A stretch of DNA of 64,000 nucleotides from Blepharisma stoltei ATCC 30299 (GCA_965603825.1 CBFDEM010000001.1:372001-436000), one strand, 5' to 3'. Counted from the first letter of the stretch, positions 11,460-23,898 are shown. Notes: generated by a model from the letters alone, not told the origin. A program made the numbers and translations.

Positions 11460-12437
11460 TTATATTATTGTTTTCGGAATCATGTGTTCTTGGAAATTCT
11501 TTGACGTCTCCACTATGCTTTGTCTCCATACCTCCCACAACCTGGCTTGTAGAGATCTCATAAAGCAATCAACTCCATACTCCTTCGACTTAAGCCACTC
11601 TTCTGATGCGATTTCATAAAAATGAAGAGATGGATTTAGTAGCTTTTCTGTCCAAACAGGCCCAAGTCTTTGCTTTACACAAAGAACAAAGCTTGTAGGT
11701 GTCATATGGTCGCCTAATGACATCCAAACGTCTATAGCTTTATCATAAAAATCTCTTGCTGGCTGTATGACTCTGATTTTGATATCCTGATTGAAAGGAT
11801 TGACTTCCACAATATTCGTCACAAATTGGCTTGTGACTTGAAAAGTAGACAAAACTTTATTTGACAGTGACTGAATGTATCTTGATAATGACTCTAATGA
11901 CTCAGGACGGATTATGGCTTCTAATGGAAAGCTTGCTCTCCTTAAAACTTTGTAAACTTTTGACGCAAACGTTTCTACGACTTCTTGGGCTACAACTAAA
12001 GGTTGGAGCTGCGAAAGATGCTTGGCACTTGATAGAAGCTTGAATTCGTAGTTCGAAAGGTCAAGCTCTATTTGAATGTTGACTATTGTGTTAAAAAATG
12101 CATTTAATAATGAGTCTAAGTAATGACAATCCTTGTTATTTTCAATCCAAATTGTTTTCAAATTGAGCTCTTCAATGAAAATTTGTTTGAATATGGAGTA
12201 GTCTAGGCACATGACTTGCTTTAAGCACCTGATGTAGACTTCAATTGCGAACTCCATACAATGGTTGGATTGCCTGATATTCATAAACTCTAACTCTCTT
12301 TGGAAGGCTTCTTTCCACTCTTCTCCAAGATTCATAAGAAGGGTTTGCTTTATCCCATGTAGCTGTGGAAATTCCACAGGGTCTATCTCGTAATTAAAGC
12401 AAGAATAGTAAACAACTAGTTTTTCACTATTTGCCAT
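11460..12437 (-). CDS. Hypothetical protein (325 aa)
   Basis: Long ATG-TAA ORF with coding-like composition; no family recognised. Confidence 0.8.
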   Translation of the reverse strand: MANSEKLVVYYSCFNYEIDPVEFPQLHGIKQTLLMNLGEEWKEAFQRELEFMNIRQSNHCMEFAIEVYIRCLKQVMCLDYSIFKQIFIEELNLKTIWIENNKDCHYLDSLLNAFFNTIVNIQIELDLSNYEFKLLSSAKHLSQLQPLVVAQEVVETFASKVYKVLRRASFPLEAIIRPESLESLSRYIQSLSNKVLSTFQVTSQFVTNIVEVNPFNQDIKIRVIQPARDFYDKAIDVWMSLGDHMTPTSFVLCVKQRLGPVWTEKLLNPSLHFYEIASEEWLKSKEYGVDCFMRSLQARLWEVWRQSIVETSKNFQEHMIPKTII

Positions 12438-13316
12438 GTAGTTTTTATTATTATGACGTATGAAGTTAAATATGGTAATAAATATCGTAGGTGCAATAAA
12501 TGGGTAAATTTTATGTCACGATTTATAAATGGTTAAAAAGTTTTAATTCTTATTTCCTTAATAGTTTTTAGAATCCAAATTCTTTTGTGCATTATGTGTA
12601 ATAATCTAGAAGGAAATTAAAAAATGTAACTTTTGCTTATTTTTAAATTTTTGAAATTTCTTGAATTCCATTTAATTTTGCAATAGAGAATAATTTAAGT
12701 AAATGGGGTTCAAATAAATATTTTACTTCTAAGACATCATCTGCAATTATATTTATAGACCTAAAGTAAATTCTGATGTTAAATAATTTTTTAATGAGCC
12801 AAGTATTTTGGTCAGGCTCGAGTTGCATTTCTATGACCTGGGCAACTTATAATATTCCCATTAACCCATTTTTGAGTATTAAAGCCTAGAATTTTAAATT
12901 GGCAAGGACTTTCGTTTCAATTATTTCATACTCTATTTTTTAGTATTCTATAGCTTCTCATTGATATATCTCTAATCTTAATCAAGGTTTAATAAATTCC
13001 TATATAATAGCTTGAATAAAATTTTAATTTTCCAATTAATATTTATTAACCAAATGCCTTGATAATGAGATATTTTTCTTTTTTTAGCTTCGAACTCAAT
13101 TTTTACATCGGCTACAGTTATAATCATAAACTTTATGAAATTGCTATAACTTTTTATATTAATCTATAATAACTTCGAAGCTATTTTTTTCATAAATAAT
13201 AATGTATTTTTGTAATCTATTTCTAGATAATTACATTAAAATCATGCATTAATAAGTAAAAAATGTTTTAACTAAATTTGCGGTTAAGAATTTATAAAAC
13301 TAAGCTAATTTGATTA

Positions 13317-14594
13317 TTAAAAATCGTCATCATCTTCAATTAGCTCGATTTCTATCTCTTCATTATGCTCTTCAGCTTCTTTCTTTTCCTGTGGGAATTG
13401 CATAGCTCTCACAGTATCATTTCTCAAATCCATGCAAAAAGCGATTCTTTTCTGGAACGCATGCTGAGGTTCATTAGTTCTGTATACATCTTCTAGTACC
13501 TTTGACCTCAAAACTGCTTTTTCATGGTCAACAGTTGCTTCAATGACTCCATCTCTAATTGCTTTTGCCACAATAAATTCAGTATCTGTTAATGGCAGTC
13601 CTAACTTATGGGCTATATCTTTTAAGGCTATAACAGAATAAGCGATATTTATTTTCTTGAGCCCAGCTTTAATCACAATATGTCTTAGCCTTGCAACTAA
13701 TGAAAGATTCATATCTTCGTTAAAGGCGTTTTGATAATTTGCGATAACTTGGTTATACCTTTCAAGTTCTCCAGATCTGACAGCTCTAACCAAGTCTACA
13801 TAAGCTCCAAGTCCCTTATACCCTACCAATGTTTTTCTGACAGGTATTTCTCCCATCAATAACTGAACTACTACCTTTAGCTTTTCCACTGCAAGCTTAA
13901 ATCCAGCTCCGCTGTTTTCTGGAGCCTTTCTTTGAGCTTGTATAAGCCTGTTCAGTGCTTCTGCATAGTTCAATCTCAAAGCATTAATCCTTCCTAAATA
14001 ATATTGATTTCTGGCAATCTCTGAATACGGGGCATTTTCTGGAAATCCTGTCCTATCAGCGAAATCTTGTGCCTGCTGTACTTTGTTTTTCAGTAAAAAG
14101 AATCTCAGAATCACATTAATCAGTGTCGCCTGAATAAAATTATCATGTCTTAAACAAGCTTGTCTGTACCAGTCCAGGAATGGCTTTTCGTCAAGTTCTT
14201 GCTTGATTTCGCAGGATAACGCAAAATAATAGAACAATTTTGCAACAAATGGCTGAGCAGTGTAAGCTTGATGCTTTTCGATTTGCGCCAATGCGATTTC
14301 TTTGCTGGAATCGATGTGGTTTTCTTTGATTAAGACCATGCAGATCAGGATATTAAGATAAGCTTCGACTTCAGGGGAGGAGAATTGAAGTTTTGAGGAA
14401 GACGAGGATTGGCCCCATGATGGATCTGTGCTGTAGAATGCTTTGTAAGCATTTGTGATAGACTCTAAGGAGGATGACCGACGAAGTGAAGGAAGAAGCC
14501 TTAGAAGTAAAGCGCAGGCTTTGATATCTTTAACTTGACTTGCCTTCTCTACTTGGCCTAATGCTTTGACTAGATTGTCCCAGAACTCTCCCAT
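13317..14594 (-). CDS. RPN3: 26S proteasome lid subunit Rpn3
   Basis: LRHD, YYLGRINALRLNY, AQRKAPE, QLLMGEIP, RLRHIVIKAGL, IVAKAIRDGVIEA, DVYRTNEPQHAFQKRIAFC. Confidence 0.96.
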   Translation of the reverse strand: MGEFWDNLVKALGQVEKASQVKDIKACALLLRLLPSLRRSSSLESITNAYKAFYSTDPSWGQSSSSSKLQFSSPEVEAYLNILICMVLIKENHIDSSKEIALAQIEKHQAYTAQPFVAKLFYYFALSCEIKQELDEKPFLDWYRQACLRHDNFIQATLINVILRFFLLKNKVQQAQDFADRTGFPENAPYSEIARNQYYLGRINALRLNYAEALNRLIQAQRKAPENSGAGFKLAVEKLKVVVQLLMGEIPVRKTLVGYKGLGAYVDLVRAVRSGELERYNQVIANYQNAFNEDMNLSLVARLRHIVIKAGLKKINIAYSVIALKDIAHKLGLPLTDTEFIVAKAIRDGVIEATVDHEKAVLRSKVLEDVYRTNEPQHAFQKRIAFCMDLRNDTVRAMQFPQEKKEAEEHNEEIEIELIEDDDDF

Positions 14595-14886
14595 TACTAT
14601 TTATGACAAAATTCGAGTTAATAAATAAGAAAAGTTTATAAAGAATTAAGAGAAATATTATCTATAGTTATATCGGCTATAATGATAATTAAATAGGCTT
14701 TAATACTATTGAAAAAATATATTGAAGAATATTGTTATGAAAAATCAAAAAATTATCGATGCAATCAATATTTGTATTAAGTAGAAAGCTACTCTAAAAA
14801 TAAATTTTATCAACTAAACTGCTATAAATTAGCTATTTGATAGTCAAATTCGAAAAAATTATAATAAAAGCTCTTATTTAAGCTAA

Positions 14887-15498
14887 CTAATCAGTCAAGC
14901 AGCCTGGGCCGTAAGACTTTAAATAAGGCTCGAGCTCATGCTGGAGCTCGTGAACTTGATGCTTGCTAAAAGTAGTAAGAAAATGCTCTAACACTTTTTC
15001 TATCACATATTCCTTGGTCACTGTTGCCCCTGCAGCCTTAAAATCAGCAACTACCTTCTTAGCATATTTCAATGACTCTTTAACTTGGGCCGGCTTTAAA
15101 ATATGTAAAAGTTTCTCATTTACACCATCATATAGTGTTTTTCCTTCGCGGCCAACGTCTAGATCTTCAGTTAGCTCTAGATATCTAAGAAAATCATTGC
15201 TTTTCTTTCTATAAAGATCATAAACTAGGTCACGTTGCTCTTTGGTCAGGGTTGTGAGCTCATCAACTTCAGGATACCATGTAATTGGTGTTGGGTCTTC
15301 AGAGACGTGATCTCCGTATAACTCTTTTGATCTATACTTGGCATATTTTCCGATTTCGAGTGGATCAAACGTATGCCAGTGGAGGTGAGCGTATTGAGGA
15401 TAGTTGTCGTGCTGTTGCTTGAGATTGAGCCAATAAGGATCACTTCCTGAGAAGGACCGGACGCTTGGAAGGAAATTTCTACTAAGCCGACTTAGCAT
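14887..15498 (-). CDS. Hypothetical mitochondrial protein
   Basis: MLSRLSRNFLPSVRSFS presequence-like start; uninterrupted ORF. Confidence 0.75.
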   Translation of the reverse strand: MLSRLSRNFLPSVRSFSGSDPYWLNLKQQHDNYPQYAHLHWHTFDPLEIGKYAKYRSKELYGDHVSEDPTPITWYPEVDELTTLTKEQRDLVYDLYRKKSNDFLRYLELTEDLDVGREGKTLYDGVNEKLLHILKPAQVKESLKYAKKVVADFKAAGATVTKEYVIEKVLEHFLTTFSKHQVHELQHELEPYLKSYGPGCLTD

Positions 15499-16472
15499 AT
15501 TTTTTATGGACAACAAAACATCAACTAATTTAAGAGGATATGATGAGATAATAATATAAAAGAAAATTATTAGGCTTCACTTTCTTAAAAGACTGAATTA
15601 ATTGAATATGGAACAATGAAAATTTTCTTATTGTAGGAAAAGACTTTCGTTCTGACAAATTATTCAACTATGAGATGAGAAAGACGTGACATTAAGAATT
15701 AAAGTTAATTGACATTTGTAAAATTGTTGTATATGCAATTTAGGTTTAACTTAATCATGTATGAGTTCTATTGCAAGGTTGAGTAAAGAATATAATGCAG
15801 AGTCCTTATTTATTTCTGAATGCTATCAGGCTGTTCAATTAAAATATTTTGTCTTAAGAATCGAAAAGTTAATTTATTTTGATGCTTATTTAACAGCCGA
15901 ATAAATTTTAAAATGGAGCCTAATGTTAATAAAAATTATTTGAAATGCCACTATTAGAGAAGTTTCAACTGAGTTACTTTATTGATACTCACTTTAATGA
16001 TTTACTCGCAATTCTCCTTAAGCAAACAAAATATAGAAAATCCTAAAAAAAATAATTATTTAATTTTTATAATAAATGCATTTATTTATTTATTTAAACT
16101 TAGGATATAAAATAATTATAGCTAATCTCTTTTAACTTAAATTATTTTTGCATGCCAGTAACAAATTAAAATCCCTCTAATTAATTTTAGCTAAATAATA
16201 TCAGTTTTTGGTTCAAGTAATAAATTTTAATTATGAATTTTTAGCAACCACAGAATTCACTTTTTCATCATACAATAATTTTATTCCAATAATTTTGTAC
16301 TTTCTTTTGCATTTTTAGAATAAAAAATTCTTCGAGATAATTATGGTATAAGTAATGAAATTTTAGTTCTTTTTTAATAACTATTAACGAGTTATAATTT
16401 ATTTAATTCAAACAATCATTAATCAGAAACCCGAAAACATGATTTATTAGCTATATCATTTTATTTATCATC

Positions 16473-17444
16473 ATGGAATATGCATATATTTATTCAATGG
16501 GATGTATTATGAATACAAATTCTTCGTCTGAATTGACTGTGCTTTATAATGGAAAACTCTTCAGCATCGACACCACATGCACTTATAATCAAATACTAGA
16601 ATATATTTCGGATAAAATTGGGAATAAGTCAACAATTCTTTCATTGAGTGATGGTGGCAATGCCTTCAGAATTCCAGATGAGGAGGCATGAAAAAATCTA
16701 ACCTTTATTAAAAAAACCAAGCTGATTCTTATGGTAAATCCTGAAAAAATAACAGATATTTTCCTGATAAATACAATAGAAAATAAAGTTATTGATAAAG
16801 ACTATAGGGTAGTTGGCCACAAACTAAATACATTTTTAGAAAAAATAGCCAACTTTGATACGCATTTAAAAGGATTTATTCGGTGCCTGTCTTATTTATA
16901 TATTAGATCTTGCTTACTTCCAACCACCCTGAGCATTTTTTTAATTGTGATGAACCCTTATATAACCGAAATTCAAACTTCTCCACCCTATATAATTATA
17001 AATGATATATCTAGAAGCAAGATTCCTGAGCAAATACTATCTGTCCTTAATAATTGAGATTCTATGATCGAGAGTCTTCAAATAGTAGAAGACGACATGA
17101 ACATTCTTATGTATAATCTTAATTTCTTGTTATCTCAAAGGGTAAACAGAAAAATCCATATAACTTCAGGTAATAGGTTGAATCTTTCTGGGCTGAAAAT
17201 TGCAGAAAATAATATTAAGGTCCACAAAGCTTTAGATATAGTAAAGGCTTTGCAAACTAAGGTTAATGACTTTAAAGAGACTGTTAAGCATTCTTTGAAT
17301 GTATATAAGGATGGACGAAGCACAGCAATGAAAAGGATTTGCTTGATGTGTAAAAAGGCAAAAGCGTATGGGCCACAAGAAATGTCATGGCTTTTTGGTA
17401 TTGGAGATTATGCAGGAATTCCATCAGATATAAGATTTTATTAA
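16473..17444 (+). CDS. Hypothetical protein; start may be the MGC ATG at 16497; two TGA=Trp
   Basis: Three track ORFs are in one frame, separated only by TGA; ends in TAA. Confidence 0.7.
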
Positions 17445-17775
17445 GTCGATCTAAATAACTATCTTATATAGATAAAATGATTTTGAGGTTTTTAATTATT
17501 ATTTTTTTGCATTTAAAATATGAAAATAATTCTGAATAATTATTTAAACAGAAATCGATAATTTATTTGTTTTATAAATCACTTTAAAAGTAAAAAACCA
17601 GTAAAATGGAAAATAAAATATATTAATTTACGCAGCACAGAATTTAATATTATATTTAATATAAATTGATTAGTTTGTGCAGCATAAGATCTTAAAATAT
17701 AATTAAGATAAATTTGATTATATATATTAAAAAATCTAAGAAAAACGAGTTATTATACTCGATTTAGTAAACTTA

Positions 17776-18720
17776 TTAACCTAAACTTTTCCTCTCATAA
17801 GGGCTGTAAGAATTTCCCAGATCCATAGAGTTAGATCTTGAAAAAAGCCCTTTTCTTGCTTCAAACTGCTTTAATTGTTTCACAAACCCTTGGTTTGGCT
17901 CTACCACAAATCTTTGCTTTTTCAAGTATTCCGCGCTTTGCTCAAATGAAATATCATACTCTTTCATCAAAAACATCGCAACAATGGTAGCACTCCTCGA
18001 AACTCCTTGGGCGCAGTGAACTAAAACTGCTGTTTGGCCTCCAGCTTCATTTATTTGTTTAGCTTCTTCTATGAATTTGAACGCTTTATGAAAGTGATAG
18101 CTTATTTTTTCTTTTGCATTGTCTTCTACAAAAACTCTACAATACTTAACACCTTGGCCTTTAAAAGCATTTTTTACATTTCGCGTTGCGTTTATAATAT
18201 GGGTGATGTTTAATATCTTTATGACATCATAATTTTCAGCATGAAAATGGCTACCCAAATACAAAAACTTTGGAATAATTTCATTTGGGTACCCGCACGA
18301 TATCATCGGATATAGAGGAACGCCTGACCCTTCCGTTAAAAAAGGATATCTATTTAAAAATTCTTCATATTCCTCGTCAAACAAGTAAAGTTCTCTGCAC
18401 TTATGTGACTTTAGCAAAATTTCCAGATTTTTGGCTATAGTAGAATTTTCTGAATCGCTCCCTATTACAATGCAATACCTTCTTAGTTTCTGTAATGCAT
18501 TGTTTTGAGGATATAACAAGCGCAAATCGCTCAAAGAAAAATTTGAGGTGAAAGGATGCTGGATAGGAATATGCAGGCTTTCTTTAAAGTGCTTAATTTC
18601 GAATTTTTCTTTTGAGCGGATGTCGAATATGATTAAAGACTTTCTGAAATTCTGAGTCAGGTTGAAGAGGAACTTTTCTTTATGATTTTTCAAATCTTCT
18701 ATGTCTTCTGGACTCTGCAT
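17776..18720 (-). CDS. Dual-specificity (MAPK-type) phosphatase with N-terminal rhodanese-like domain
   Basis: IFDIRS..F...HFKESL, YPNEII..LYLGS, VLVHCAQGVSRSAT, PNQGF. Confidence 0.92.
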   Translation of the reverse strand: MQSPEDIEDLKNHKEKFLFNLTQNFRKSLIIFDIRSKEKFEIKHFKESLHIPIQHPFTSNFSLSDLRLLYPQNNALQKLRRYCIVIGSDSENSTIAKNLEILLKSHKCRELYLFDEEYEEFLNRYPFLTEGSGVPLYPMISCGYPNEIIPKFLYLGSHFHAENYDVIKILNITHIINATRNVKNAFKGQGVKYCRVFVEDNAKEKISYHFHKAFKFIEEAKQINEAGGQTAVLVHCAQGVSRSATIVAMFLMKEYDISFEQSAEYLKKQRFVVEPNQGFVKQLKQFEARKGLFSRSNSMDLGNSYSPYERKSLG

Positions 18721-19090
18721 AATGGCTTTATTAAATTTAATATCTTTTTCGACTGTTTAATATTAACTTTTAAAAAAAATCAGAAACTGATAATTTATAT
18801 TCCAAACTATAAAACTTCATCATAATTAATAAGCAGTCAGTATCAACTAAATAAAGGAAAAATGGATCTAATAAAAGAAGTTATTCAAAAATAAGCCAAA
18901 GTCAAGAAATCTAAGAGAATTGATTAATATAATTTTTAGCCAAGATTAGTTTAAAATATTTATTTTAAATTTATATTTAATAGAGACTGCTTACTATTCT
19001 AAATTGGATAAATTTGATATTTTTGCTTACAATTAAGAATCCTATAATCTAAAAAAATCAAATTAGAAAATGTAGTTAAATTAAATAAAC

Positions 19091-20464
19091 CTAAGCCATC
19101 TCAATAGAGTTCTTCCAAAATATTGCTCCAAACACCAGTTTGCAGAATAGATTGATAACCGAAACTGCAACAGTAAATCTTTTCACTCCATCACTCCCAT
19201 CTCCAGTTCCACTGACCCAATTCTAAATACTGTTTACGCTCATATTTAAATAAAGCCAAATCAGGTCATAAACCTCTGACGCAAGGATTGCCAAAAAGAT
19301 GATTTTATATTTAGGACCTGAACCGACTCCAGTATAGTAATAATATAAAGCTAAAATTCCAATAGTAAGCTAAATGCCATTTACATTGAAAAAGTCTGGC
19401 CTGAGAAACATTATTAAAACTGAAAATAGAAGAAGCAAATAAGTAGACATTTGGGTAGCGAAAGACCATTTTATGTTGCCTATATAAAGCTTGCCTAAAG
19501 TTTTTTCTTTAAATTCGTCCATTTTTGCTGAAAATTGAAGTTCTGCTTCTTTGAATTTAGGATTTAAAAGAAGCCAGTCAGGCCCTATATTTTTTCCTAA
19601 AGCACTGTGCAATTCATTATAATATTTTTCCATTTCCAGCAATTCTGTTTTATCCTCATTTATAATGTCTTCAAACTGCTTAATAATTCCTTCAAGATAA
19701 AGTGGCAAATTGTGAATCCATTGGAGAGCAAGCTGAATGGTCCCTGAAATCCTGTCTCCTGGCTTTTTTCCTCTCAATTCCAAAGTATCTTCATGTAGCT
19801 GCTGATCAAATAACGCATTAAATGGCACTGCTACTTCTCCTAAGAAAGTAGTAGGGTTGCCTCTGTCAGTATCAAAAACTTCAACTGAGATATCTTCAGT
19901 CCCTTGAGTCACATAAAATGAAAATGTTTCATTCCAAGTAGGATTTGAAGGGTTTGGAACAGGCTGGGTTGTAATCTCTTGGTTTTCACAAGACACTCTT
20001 ACAAGTGGTGCTCTATTTCCTGTTAGGCCGCCAGCTTTTAATCCTTCTGCTTTTTTAACAGTCACTGTTAAGACGTTTTGCTGGGTTTTTCCTTGGTTAG
20101 CTTTGGCCTCGATATATTGGCGCCTGGTATCAGATAATTTTTTCGTATTTTCCATGATGCTGTTTTTCAAAACGTCAACTCTAGATTTAATTAAGGTTTC
20201 TGCCTGGTAATAGCCTTGCGCAAATTCATCTAAAGTTAGCTCTGAATTTTGATCTTTATCTAAAGATTTAAATATTTCGGTGAGCAAGACTTCATTAAAT
20301 GGTTTTCCACTTTTCTTCGTTAAATATGCATGGAGTTCTTCGAAAGTAAGCTGCTTGTCGTCATTTGCGTCAATTTCCCTAAACTGGCTTTTAAGTTTGC
20401 TAATACGATCTTCCATTGAAGGGCTTGATCCTCGCAAATCTGATTCTATGCTGGCTCCACTCAT
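19091..20464 (-). CDS. EF-hand + C2 domain + C-terminal multi-TM protein; introns 19370-19384, 19223-19237 and probably 19480-19494
   Basis: EF loops DANDDKQLTFEE and DKDQNSELTLDE; C2 motif NPTWNETFSF...FLGEV; RPDFFN|LTIG TM region; ends in TAG 19091-19093. Confidence 0.85.
19223..19237 (-). other. 15-nt intron
   Basis: GTAAACAGTATTTAG; removes an in-frame TAG. Confidence 0.85.
19370..19384 (-). other. 15-nt intron
   Basis: GTAAATGGCATTTAG; removes an in-frame TAG. Confidence 0.88.
19480..19494 (-). other. Candidate 15-nt GC-AG intron
   Basis: GCAAGCTTTATATAG has the same length, position-10 A and TAG end as the other introns. It is stop-free, so the frame does not require it. Confidence 0.55.
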
Positions 20465-20682
20465 ATTTTTATTAATTTTAATTTAATTTTTAGAGTCTCT
20501 ATTTGGCTGCTGAAAAATTAGAAAATTCGAAGCAAAATCTTTTTTATAGGATAAAGATGCAAGTTTAGGAATTTCATTGCTTACTATATAAAGGGAAATC
20601 TTTATTATTCTTTTTTATATAAGTAGAATTATATATTGGCAATTAAATATATTAGCTGTAAAGTTACATTATATAAAAAGAA

Positions 20683-21543
20683 ATGGGAACCTGCCAAATG
20701 CAAATCCATGAATTAAAAGATGCCCTAATCATTTGCCATCCAGCAAATAAATTTGATGACATGAAAAAAAACCCGGAGTCCTTATTGAAAACAGTGGTTA
20801 TAGAGTCTAAGCTACTTTCACCAGAAAAAGACCCAGAATTCAAGCATATCCAAACATTTTTTGAACTCCACAGAAATAAAATTCATACTGAAGTGGCTTA
20901 TTATTACCAAAAAATAATCAACAGTAACGAAATAGAAATCTCTGAGATAAATTTTAAATTTCATCCTCTGAGATCAAGGCAAACCAAATATTTAAGCTTG
21001 CTACTTCCTTACTGCCTTCATATAAGTCATTTGAATTTATGGAATACTGAGCTTGAGAAAAGAGGAGTTCGATATATAACTAAAGTTCTTCATAATATTC
21101 CAAACTTAGTAGAGCTTAGTATTGAAGAAAATAATATAGATGAAGAAGGAATTGAATATTTTTCAAAAGGATTAGAAACTCTTAAGTCATTAAAAGTACT
21201 TTCTATAAGCAGAAATCGGATTGGTCTCAAAGGAGCTTTAGGCTTATCCAATGCATTTTCCTCACTCCGGAAACTTGAAATGATATATCTAGACAACACA
21301 GAAATCACGTCAGAGCAGCTTTCAATCCTCAGCCAAGGTCTTAATAATCTTATAGACCTCAAAAAGCTCAGCCTGTCTTTCAATTTACTTGACAATAATG
21401 GCATAAATGTTTTAAGGAGAATGTTTGACATTTTGAAAATCCTCAATGAAGTCAATTTAATAGGAAACAATATAAGTGAAACTGAAGTAGAACTTTTGTT
21501 ACAAGATTATATACATATAAATATAAATGTGTGAGCGGGATAG
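20683..21543 (+). CDS. Leucine-rich repeat protein (RNI-like)
   Basis: Repeated LxxLxLxxNxI motifs. With TGA=Trp the ORF extends 3 codons to TAG 21541-21543. Confidence 0.85.
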
Positions 21544-21594
21544 ATTAGTTTTTTATTTGAATAATTTTCATAAGAAATTAAGATTTATGGTTTT

Positions 21595-22017
21595 CTAGAA
21601 AGGGCTTATGACTTCAGGTGCAATTGCTGAGCCAACAAATAAGCTATAGAGCAAGGTGTTCTTTATCTTAGGTCTGATCCCACGAGAAAGGCATAAAACT
21701 AAGATTGTGCCTGATACAAAGGTAAGAGTTCTCCTCCCTAAACTGTAGTCTCTTAAAAGTTCTGCTCTCTTTTCTCTTATAACGGATAAATCGCCTAGCC
21801 ATTCTGGTTTATATGTTTGATATAAAGCTTTAACATCCTCTTTTTCCTGTTTATAAAATTTAGAACCTTGCTCAAATGCAGATCCAAGTGCAGATTTTAA
21901 AGAAGCCCCTGCTTTGTCTGCTTCAGATTTCACCCAAACTCTTGAACTAGCTATGCTGCTGCGTAATGAAGACTTCCATGATTCCAAAGTTTCTTTAAAT
22001 GGATCCAATACTCCCAT
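21595..22017 (-). CDS. Small membrane protein, possibly MICOS Mic26/27-like
   Basis: Amphipathic N-terminal region, then two short hydrophobic segments flanking a basic loop. The family assignment is weak. Confidence 0.6.
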   Translation of the reverse strand: MGVLDPFKETLESWKSSLRSSIASSRVWVKSEADKAGASLKSALGSAFEQGSKFYKQEKEDVKALYQTYKPEWLGDLSVIREKRAELLRDYSLGRRTLTFVSGTILVLCLSRGIRPKIKNTLLYSLFVGSAIAPEVISPF

Positions 22018-22295
22018 ATTTTATATAAATAATATCACATTCGTCTTTTCTAGTAATTTTCTGAGTGGGAATTAATTTCCCCTTATTATTATCTCTCTCA
22101 TTTATTAAGCCTTATTCCTCCTTTCCCTTGCCTACATTTTTCAGAAGATTCCCTTTTAAAATTTAATAATTTTTGATGTGGTGCAAATAGGACAATAAAA
22201 ATAAAACTAATTGTTCAAAAAAGAATATAAGATTTGAGTTCAAACCTAGCCAAATGCTAAAGATAAGCTTAAAAAATAAATTATGAGTTAATATT

Positions 22296-22541
22296 ATGGG
22301 GAATTGTTGCAGGCAACAGGTAGAAGTAATCAATATTTAGATTGAGCCACCAGAGTGCAATTCCAACAAAGCTCCTAAGCGAAATGTTTCTAATTTTACT
22401 TTTGCGAAATCACGGTATTCTTCAGAGTCAACTTTAAAGTTGCCACCTACTTTTTCAGACCCTGTACTTTTTACAGCCGAGCCGAATGACAATTCTCGTG
22501 AGATTTTTGATCAAATTCAAGAAATCCCTGATGAAGATTAA
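22296..22541 (+). CDS. 76-aa protein with N-terminal MGNCC acylation motif; intron 22326-22340
   Basis: MGNCCRQQVE|IEPPEC...QEIPDED-TAA after removing GTAATCAATATTTAG; absent from the ORF track. Confidence 0.75.
22326..22340 (+). other. 15-nt intron
   Basis: GTAATCAATATTTAG, consensus match, removes an in-frame TAG. Confidence 0.8.
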
Positions 22542-22662
22542 AAGCCTAGTCATTTTGATTAATTAAATTTCTGAAAATTGCTGATTTTTGTGTCATATTT
22601 TTAAGCTCATATTTAAGTTTCTTCACCAGCTAACATTTTTAATATTTAAATAAAAGGCTAAG

Positions 22663-23898
22663 TTAGTTATACTTTCCTGGAAGAACACTTTGGGACATTG
22701 TTGAAATCTTATAAAATGAGCTTCTTTCGCTAAAAAGATGTGTAAATAAGAAGAAAACTGCTACTTGTATCAGAGATAAACCAATAATTACCACCTTAGT
22801 TCTCAGATAAGTAGCAAAAAGTCACGAGACAAATACCACGATAGGTAATGACAGCAAGTAAACAGAGCCTAAAACTGCAAAATAAATAACAAAAGATTTT
22901 ATCTTTTGGCTTCCATTTGTATAAAGATCACTTATAAGGTAGAGAAACCAGATCAGCATCCCAATGCGGAAAGTGATTAGCAAATAACCAGGAATTCCTT
23001 CATAATCACTAAATTTGTAATAGCTATCATCAGTAATTCTCCCAAGCCCAATAATTAGCAGATTAACAAGCACTACAAGTAAACACACTGGGATATAAAT
23101 ATCTGGATGAGGGAAATCTTTCTCCTTAATTGTCCACCCATTTGCCATAAGAATCAGCTCAATTGTAATTAGCATTGTTGCTAGCAATTCAAAAGCTTGC
23201 GAAAAAAAATCAAAAACAGACAGGCCTCTACCATTATAAGAATAAATCCAGTAATGAATAATTTGGCAGAATATTCCTGAAAATTGTGAGCCTATTGCAA
23301 TATTAAAAATAACTAGATTTGTCTCTAAATCATCAGTTTTTCTGAACATTCTGATTAATCTGATCATGTTTCCTGATAAAGTAAGTAGATAGATAATAAG
23401 AAGTATAGGATAAAAATAGTCCAGACCTTTACGTTCTACTGAGAACTCAGATCCATCTGAATTTAGGAGATGCATTTCTATCCTGATCTTTTGTTTTTCT
23501 TTCAATAGGTTATCACAGTCTGAAATTGCGAAATATCATACATGAGGTCTACGACTCTGTGATATCGAGCCTGTGATCTGAGCTGACCATTCCCCATTTG
23601 TGGGGATAGAAACCTGCTTATCTCTTTTGGCTGCCTTAAGCTTTGTTTGGCAATCATCAGTATTAAGCGCATCATCCCAGTTATCATCTAAATAAACAGT
23701 CGTCAATAAATTTACGTTTGCAGGGTATGTTTGATTTAATACTTTTAAAAACTTGGCCTTGATTTCCCATTCTCCACGTCCGACATCACAGGCAAACTTT
23801 GTCACGTATTTCCAATTATTTTCTGGGGTCAAAGTGATAGTATTTGTAATCAACTTCCCAAATGCTGTGGCTAATAAGAGAAGCAAAATAAGTTGCAT
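22663..23898 (-). CDS. GPR180/TMEM145-family seven-TM protein
   Basis: Signal peptide, WKYVTKF, RPHV[W]YFAISDC, EFSVE, YSYNGRG, MANGWT, C-terminal KISTMSQSVLP; 411 aa in one frame. Confidence 0.85.

Noticed and set aside
12643-12828. 61-aa ORF in an AT-rich gap
   Set aside because: No motif, and it cannot be extended with TGA=Trp or a consensus intron.
21532-21543. TGA as the stop of the LRR gene
   Set aside because: A TAG follows three codons later, so TGA=Trp explains it. Uninformative on its own.
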